Part shown: positions 58,899 to 64,000 of the stretch, piece after piece | Numbering within the stretch: the first letter of the stretch is position 1 | How the letters are laid out: each line of letters begins with the position of its first letter | Source of the DNA: Candidatus Obscuribacteraceae bacterium | GTDB lineage: Bacteria > Cyanobacteriota > Vampirovibrionia > Obscuribacterales > Obscuribacteraceae | Length of the DNA: 64,000 bases | Assembly: GCA_044226015.1 (NCBI GenBank) | Contig: JBGAHS010000001.1 | Coordinates: 224,001-288,000, forward strand | Direction of reading: 5' to 3' | Program-made: the position numbers and the translations under genes | The notes under the pieces: model-generated | What the model saw: the letters and a program-made list of their open reading frames with translations, nothing else | What the model was told of the DNA's origin: nothing | Database searches by the model: none

Positions 58899-59321
58899 AT
58901 GGCTAACGATATCGAAGTAGCAGTAAAGCATGCAGTTGAGAAGCAACACCTGAAGCCAGGAACAGAAGTCAGCAATGAAGCGGCGATGACAATGATGAAT
59001 GATGTGTGGAAGGAAGTGGCTCAGAAGCAAAGTAAATGGACTGACAAACCAGTAAGTGCAGACACAATGAAAGTAGCGGCCGACAAGTTGTCAAATTCAT
59101 TGCAAAAGTATGGTGTTAAAGACATTGAGTTTTACGACAGCAACAATGATGGCAAGGCAGACAAAAACGATGCAGTTGCAGTGAAGAAGGGCATTATCTT
59201 CGGAAACAGTGACTATAAACTGGGAGATAGACCTACTGCAGCAGAGCCGGGACCAATGCAGATTCGCCAGATCAAGGAATACAACAAGGACCCACGCGAT
59301 ATCAAGATTCAAGGCTATTAA
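58899..59321 (+). CDS. Hypothetical protein with an EF-hand-like DxNxDG loop
   Basis: GGAGG RBS; DSNNDGKAD motif; followed by a terminator-like hairpin. Confidence 0.75.
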   Translation: MANDIEVAVKHAVEKQHLKPGTEVSNEAAMTMMNDVWKEVAQKQSKWTDKPVSADTMKVAADKLSNSLQKYGVKDIEFYDSNNDGKADKNDAVAVKKGIIFGNSDYKLGDRPTAAEPGPMQIRQIKEYNKDPRDIKIQGY

Positions 59322-59355
59322 TTAGCGCCTCACTAGATTTCTCTCGCTGCTTGCT

Positions 59356-59383
59356 GGGAAGACCGACTTGTTCGGTCTTTTCC
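59356..59383. terminator. Hairpin between convergent genes
   Basis: GGGAAGACCGA-cttgt-TCGGTCTTTTCC. Confidence 0.6.
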
Positions 59384-59422
59384 ATTTGGATGAGTTTTGC
59401 TACAGCTACGCGACAAATGAAA

Positions 59423-59641
59423 CTATATTCGCGTTAACGTGCTGCGTGCCTCTTTGAGAATACGCAATACCTCGTCGTCATCTTCAATGTGCCGAAAGTT
59501 TTCAAATAGATCTTCGGAGTCAAAAATGTCGCCATAACGCCATTTGCTATCACGGAAGGATGCGCTGAAATTGTCAGTTTGATCAGCAATGAGAATTTCA
59601 CCGTCCGGTGACCTCATTGCGAGAACGTGATCCATCTTCAA
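59423..59641 (-). CDS. Small acidic protein, putative immunity/antitoxin
   Basis: TTG start overlaps the upstream TGA (TTGA), with GGAGG (59649-59653) 7 nt upstream; 72 aa, Asp/Glu-rich. Confidence 0.65.
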   Translation of the reverse strand: MKMDHVLAMRSPDGEILIADQTDNFSASFRDSKWRYGDIFDSEDLFENFRHIEDDDEVLRILKEARSTLTRI

Positions 59642-61929
59642 ATTTTTTCCTCCGTGAGTTCGCGACGAAGTTCTTTCATGATTTGTTTTACGTGGTCTTC
59701 AGATTGCGAAGTTCTTCTTAAATAGTCTTGCCATGCGTTTTGTGATATGTCGCGTGCGTAAATCAAATCATTTCTTCTTTGGATCTTTTGTTCTAAGCTG
59801 AGACTTTCAATCGGAAGGTCTCTCCATTTATCATAGATTGGATGTGTCTTTTTTCCTACCTCATACATTTCTCGGGGAATGACCTGGTACTCTAAAAGCT
59901 GTCCGTTAGGTGCTCTTAAGTCAAAAGGCATTGCCCGCCACCCCCTTCCGTTTGGCTGCATTTTACCCAGGTTTGCTTCGAGTATTTGAAAGGGACTTTT
60001 CTTAAGATCTCGAGTGATGTGAGGTAGGTCATTCAGGTTGTCTAAAATCGTTGTGAATCTCTGTGTGTCTCGAAGATGTTCTATGCCGAACCAGGGCTTT
60101 CTTTCCCGTGTCTCAGGACGCCCCACTTTTCTCAGTGTGGATGCAGTTTCTTTGGGAGTGCCATATGAGTAACTATCATATTTGCTATCAATGAAACTCT
60201 TGAATTGGTCGATTATCGGCTGGTTCTCGCGAGAGAGCCTTTGAATTTGGCTTATCTTTTCTTTCGGACTTGCGTTTTTATCGATAGGGTTGGTTATGTG
60301 CTGCGGCTTCAGATCGTTGCCATTTGTGCGCTTAATGCCAAATTCGGCTAATTCAGCCGGCGATCTGCTTTCAAGTTTTGCTGATTGGACTTGAGCTGGT
60401 GTTAACAGCTCGCCCTTTGAGTCCAGGTATACTTCTGATACTCGAATTACTTCTGTCGTCGTGTTTTGTGTGCCGCTTGAGGAATTGCTTTCTCTTGCTT
60501 GTCCCGTTGTTACTCTTGTATCAACTGCAACGCTCTTCTCGTTGCTTGGAGAGCCGGCGCCACCTTTGAGGCGACGTTTGTCAATGTACATGTTTTGATC
60601 GGCGTCGTGTAAAAGTGCTTTTGCATCTTTATAATTTCTCGCCTGGGGCTCAAAAGTCGAGGCACCAATGCTGGTGCCAATGGGATAGCCTGTTCCGTCT
60701 GGCGCGCTAAGAGTGAACTGCAGGTGTGCCTGGATGTCTTGAGCAACCCGACGAGCGCCTTCTGCCGAAGTGTTTGGAAGAATTGCTACAAACTCGTCTC
60801 CACCATTACGGAAGAGTGAATCGGATTTTCGCAGGCGTTCAGAGATTAAATCGGCGGACTTCATCAGCGCCTTGTTGCCAACTTCATGACCTAGTGCGTC
60901 ATTTACTTTTTTGAATCCATTCAAGTCAAGGAATAGCACTGAAAGTGGGGTTGAACTGCGGGCGGCGCTGGCGAATTCTTTGTCCATCATCTCGAAACCA
61001 GCGCGCTGATTCTTTAGCCCCGTAAGAGCATCGACGGTGGAAATTTGGTTCAGCTTTTCATTTTCTTCTGTGAGTTTGGCAATCTTTTGCTTTAAATCTG
61101 TGAGCTGCTTGTCTGTTTCGAGCAAGTGGGGCGCCGTTTCTTCCAAGGCTTTTGGGGCGCATTCTTTTATTTTTGCTTCTGCTTTTGCAAAGCCCGAGCC
61201 GAGAACACATTGTGTTGCAATGCCATCTAGCAACTCTTCGTTTCTTGCGAGTCGGTTCTGGTCGATTAATGAATTCATTTCGGTGGCGACGAATCCACTG
61301 GGTATTCCTGCTAGCCCACCAGCTATGAGCGGCTTGCGCAGTAGCAACTGTGCTGAGCTGAGTTCTCCTTGCGTGGGAATTGCCCTCAGTTTGTTTGTGC
61401 TGTAGTGCAGTGCACTGAATGCGATACCATTGCTTAAGCCGTGCAGTCCTCTATTTGTCCAGAACTTATCGTCGGCTACTGCGCCTGCTGTCGCTGGCGT
61501 GAAGACGGAACCGTAAGTGAAGCCGGTAATTCCTGATTGAATCAGTTCTCTGGTGGGTTTTCCGAGGCTGCGATTTAGATCGGCACAAGCAAGCTGTTCG
61601 GTTTTGTTTAGCAGTCCGCCGCTGACCTTATGAGTAAGAAGCAAGAGGGGAATTTGACCTAATGCCGAGCCTGTTATTTGTGCCAACCAGGGCGCTGATA
61701 ACGTTTTGTTTTGTAGCTGATCAGGGCGCTCTTTTTCCACGCTTCTGGCGAAGTCTTCACCAGTTTTGCCGGGGCACATATGCGCAATAGCCTGCTTGAG
61801 TGCGAACGCCGGTTCCTCATAAAGAGACTGCACAAACGAAACGGCGAAGGTTGACGCACAAGTTTCCAGCTGGCTCTTTGGCCTCTCTGTGTTGAGAAGC
61901 TCGGCAAAATTTCTTGATCCTGGGTCCAT
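59638..61929 (-). CDS. Multidomain protein: glycine-zipper helices + GGDEF diguanylate cyclase + RelA/SpoT-like synthetase domain
   Basis: DALTGLKN, DLNGFKKVNDALGH and RKSDSLFRNGGDEF; C-terminal KETASTLRK, LRDTQRFT, GRGWRA, GQLLEYQV and HPIYDKWR. Confidence 0.8.
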   Translation of the reverse strand: MDPGSRNFAELLNTERPKSQLETCASTFAVSFVQSLYEEPAFALKQAIAHMCPGKTGEDFARSVEKERPDQLQNKTLSAPWLAQITGSALGQIPLLLLTHKVSGGLLNKTEQLACADLNRSLGKPTRELIQSGITGFTYGSVFTPATAGAVADDKFWTNRGLHGLSNGIAFSALHYSTNKLRAIPTQGELSSAQLLLRKPLIAGGLAGIPSGFVATEMNSLIDQNRLARNEELLDGIATQCVLGSGFAKAEAKIKECAPKALEETAPHLLETDKQLTDLKQKIAKLTEENEKLNQISTVDALTGLKNQRAGFEMMDKEFASAARSSTPLSVLFLDLNGFKKVNDALGHEVGNKALMKSADLISERLRKSDSLFRNGGDEFVAILPNTSAEGARRVAQDIQAHLQFTLSAPDGTGYPIGTSIGASTFEPQARNYKDAKALLHDADQNMYIDKRRLKGGAGSPSNEKSVAVDTRVTTGQARESNSSSGTQNTTTEVIRVSEVYLDSKGELLTPAQVQSAKLESRSPAELAEFGIKRTNGNDLKPQHITNPIDKNASPKEKISQIQRLSRENQPIIDQFKSFIDSKYDSYSYGTPKETASTLRKVGRPETRERKPWFGIEHLRDTQRFTTILDNLNDLPHITRDLKKSPFQILEANLGKMQPNGRGWRAMPFDLRAPNGQLLEYQVIPREMYEVGKKTHPIYDKWRDLPIESLSLEQKIQRRNDLIYARDISQNAWQDYLRRTSQSEDHVKQIMKELRRELTEEKI

Positions 61930-62179
61930 TTGATTCTCTCAAACTGACCCTGCTAACTCCATCTGTATAGTGCGGGATAGTCCCACCGCTTTCAATGGTG
62001 AAAATGCGCGCAAAATAAGGGTTTAGCGCGGTTGCACACCTAGCGCTAAGCTTCCGTTTAATGTACGCGGCTAGAAATACTGAATCGGTACCGATCCGGA
62101 ATTTGGGATCTCAATGGTTAAATGAGGTCGGTTTTAAAATGGATTGGTAGTAGAATCGCATTCGCTAATGAGGATGTTC

Positions 62180-62953
62180 ATGAAAACGCGTGGATTTGTT
62201 TCGGTGATTGTTTTTGGACTGAGCGGATGTGCTTTCCTTTTGCAGTCGACAGTTCCACTTCGTGCATTTGCTGCTGAGGTGAAGCGTCCTTCCATGGTGC
62301 GCCGAGAAGAGTGGGGCTCGAAAGCCGACGCAATACCTGACTCGCGAAAACAGGTTCCTGTTTGGATTACGATTCACCATGCTGGAGAATTTTGGAAGTA
62401 TGGAAGTGACCCCGCAGAATTCGTGAGGCACATGCAAGTCTGGGGGCAAAATCGTCCGAAGTTGGAAAAGCCACCGCGTGATACCTATTGGCCCGACCTG
62501 CCCTATCACTACCTCATCGCTCCTGATGGGAGAATCTTTGAAGGGCGCCCTGTTGAATACGAACCTGAGACAAACACCAAGTATTCGGTAAACGGTAACA
62601 TCGGTGTCGAAATGATGGGTGATTTTGAAAAGCAGCGCCCTGGACTAGAGCAAATTCGCTCGTGCGCTCAATTGACAGCGTGGCTTGCTCAGAAACACAA
62701 AATTGATGCAGAGCATATTCGCACTCACATGGATGCTGCACCTGGTCAAACCGATTGCCCCGGACGAGATTTTTACCGTTATATAAAAGATGGTCAGTTC
62801 AAAACTTGGGTGAAGGAGATTCAAAAGGGCAAGAAGCCTGAGATAAAGGAAGGACCGGCGTTAAAGGAAGGACCGCTTTTGTCCATAAATGACCCTGCTT
62901 CTAAGCCCCCCGAGGCTGCCGTTGAGCCCACCGTTGAGCCTGCCGCAAAATAG
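62180..62953 (+). CDS. N-acetylmuramoyl-L-alanine amidase (Amidase_2/PGRP-like), secreted
   Basis: RREEWGS, ITIHHAG, WPDLPYHYLI..DGRIFEGR, IRTH and TDCPG; signal peptide. Confidence 0.9.
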   Translation: MKTRGFVSVIVFGLSGCAFLLQSTVPLRAFAAEVKRPSMVRREEWGSKADAIPDSRKQVPVWITIHHAGEFWKYGSDPAEFVRHMQVWGQNRPKLEKPPRDTYWPDLPYHYLIAPDGRIFEGRPVEYEPETNTKYSVNGNIGVEMMGDFEKQRPGLEQIRSCAQLTAWLAQKHKIDAEHIRTHMDAAPGQTDCPGRDFYRYIKDGQFKTWVKEIQKGKKPEIKEGPALKEGPLLSINDPASKPPEAAVEPTVEPAAK

Positions 62954-63178
62954 TTTTGCAATTGATTCAACCAAGCAAATTCAGACTACAAATGCGATTC
63001 TTTGTGGCAAATTTGTGAATACTGCTGCTAAAAGGCGGAACAGGATGCTGCGAAAAAGTGGATCAGGGTAAATACTGTTTTCACGCAACGCTCTCTTGAT
63101 TACTATCAAATCATTCGTGTTCACCAGGTTTCTAAACCCACTACTACTTCCCCGGTGAGCCGAAAGCAGGAGATAGCA

Positions 63179-63445
63179 ATGTTAGGAACTCAAGCAATAA
63201 GCAATCATCATTCAACCCTCCAATCCTGGAGAAAAAGTTCGGAGTATGATCGGGCTAAACTTCGTTCAAGTGCTGAATACAACCTGCGCGGACGCTACAG
63301 CGTTCGATTGATCGGAAGCAATAAATGGTTCAACTGTGAGTTTCCTCCAAAAGAGGGCGCCGCAGAATGGATCTTTATAAACCTACATGGCATGCCCATT
63401 TTCCACTGGTGCATGGAACGTGAATCCGTCATGCTAATCGGATAA
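63179..63445 (+). CDS. Small hypothetical protein
   Basis: AGGAG RBS 6 nt before ATG 63179; ends just before a bidirectional terminator. Confidence 0.45.
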   Translation: MLGTQAISNHHSTLQSWRKSSEYDRAKLRSSAEYNLRGRYSVRLIGSNKWFNCEFPPKEGAAEWIFINLHGMPIFHWCMERESVMLIG

Positions 63446-63466
63446 CACTCCATTGTTTTCGATAAG

Positions 63467-63495
63467 AAAGAGCACCTCGAAAGAGGTGCTCTTTT
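63467..63495. terminator. Bidirectional rho-independent terminator
   Basis: AAAGAGCACCTC-gaaa-GAGGTGCTCTTTT. Confidence 0.85.
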
Positions 63496-63530
63496 GAATT
63501 CTTGTAGTTTCGTTAGTCTGCTTTTTTCAA

Positions 63531-64000
63531 TTATTTGCTGCTGACTTTGTCGCCGACTTTGCGGTGAGCTTCAAGGTTCAGAGTGATTTTTACATCGTCT
63601 GAAACTGCAACGCCGCCATTATCGAGTGCGTTGTTGTAAGTCATTCCGAACTCTTTGCGGTTGATTGTAGTGGTTGCAGATGCGCCGACACGTTCAATGC
63701 CTTTCTTCTTATCGAGGAAGGTTTCTGTTGGACCGTCTACATTCAACTCGACGTTTTTCGTGACACCATGCATGGTGAGCTTTCCTGTCAATTTGAAACC
63801 GCCGGCCATAATTGGAATAATGCCGGTAGATTCAAACGTAATTGCAGGAAATTTCGCGACATCGAAGAAATCAGCGCCGCGCAGGTGCTCGTCTCTGCCT
63901 GGTTCATTTGTATTGATTGTGGCAGGGTCTAGCTTGGCCGTAACCTTGAGTGTATCTACGTTTTTGCCGTCATAATTGATAGTACCCGTGATACCACCCA
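63531..64000 (-). CDS. yceI: YceI family protein (3' part; start outside the window)
   Basis: Frame open to the edge: INTNEPGRDEHLRGADFFDVAKFPAITFEST...GKLTMHGVTK...INRKEFGM. Confidence 0.92.
   Translation of the reverse strand, partial: GGITGTINYDGKNVDTLKVTAKLDPATINTNEPGRDEHLRGADFFDVAKFPAITFESTGIIPIMAGGFKLTGKLTMHGVTKNVELNVDGPTETFLDKKKGIERVGASATTTINRKEFGMTYNNALDNGGVAVSDDVKITLNLEAHRKVGDKVSSK

Noticed and set aside
58581..59030. 149-aa and 78-aa minus-strand ORFs over the structured leader
   Set aside because: The longer one overlaps the well-supported + strand gene at 58899; neither has protein-like motifs.
1..64000. The many short antisense or nested ORFs in the track; tRNA, rRNA, IS or prophage
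   Set aside because: The short ORFs are shadows of long, motif-supported genes. No cloverleaf, rRNA, transposase, integrase or phage structural signature was recognised by eye.

Overview
Gene-dense bacterial chromosomal window of intermediate GC, with no rRNA, tRNA, CRISPR array, transposase or phage genes recognised. The gene mix (cyanobacterial-type GuaB3 IMPDH, Tad/Flp pilus, membrane Ser/Thr kinases with helical-repeat tails, stand-alone MshEN protein, many orphan proteins) suggests a non-photosynthetic cyanobacterial relative such as Melainabacteria/Obscuribacterales; this is inference only. Left to right: a Tad pilus cluster (flp, cpaB, cpaE, cpaF, truncated next gene) with a 1.35 kb structured and repetitive gap; a prenyltransferase-fold/DUF362/HTTM operon; two GT-C-type membrane glycosyltransferases; a phased 30-33 bp repeat array; ATP-grasp plus serine hydrolase; two Hsp20; IMPDH; M28 peptidase; two RND efflux systems; HtrA; a GH15-like hydrolase; kinases; capD-larE-larB; divergent leuS/tyrS; an amidase; partial yceI. 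The best candidate for an undescribed system is at 59423-61929. It is a 763-aa protein with glycine-zipper membrane helices, an intact GGDEF diguanylate cyclase and a C-terminal RelA/SpoT-like (toxSAS-type) synthetase domain, translationally coupled to a small acidic putative immunity gene, about 1 kb from a stand-alone MshEN c-di-GMP receptor. All calls come from motif reading by eye; no database searches were run.
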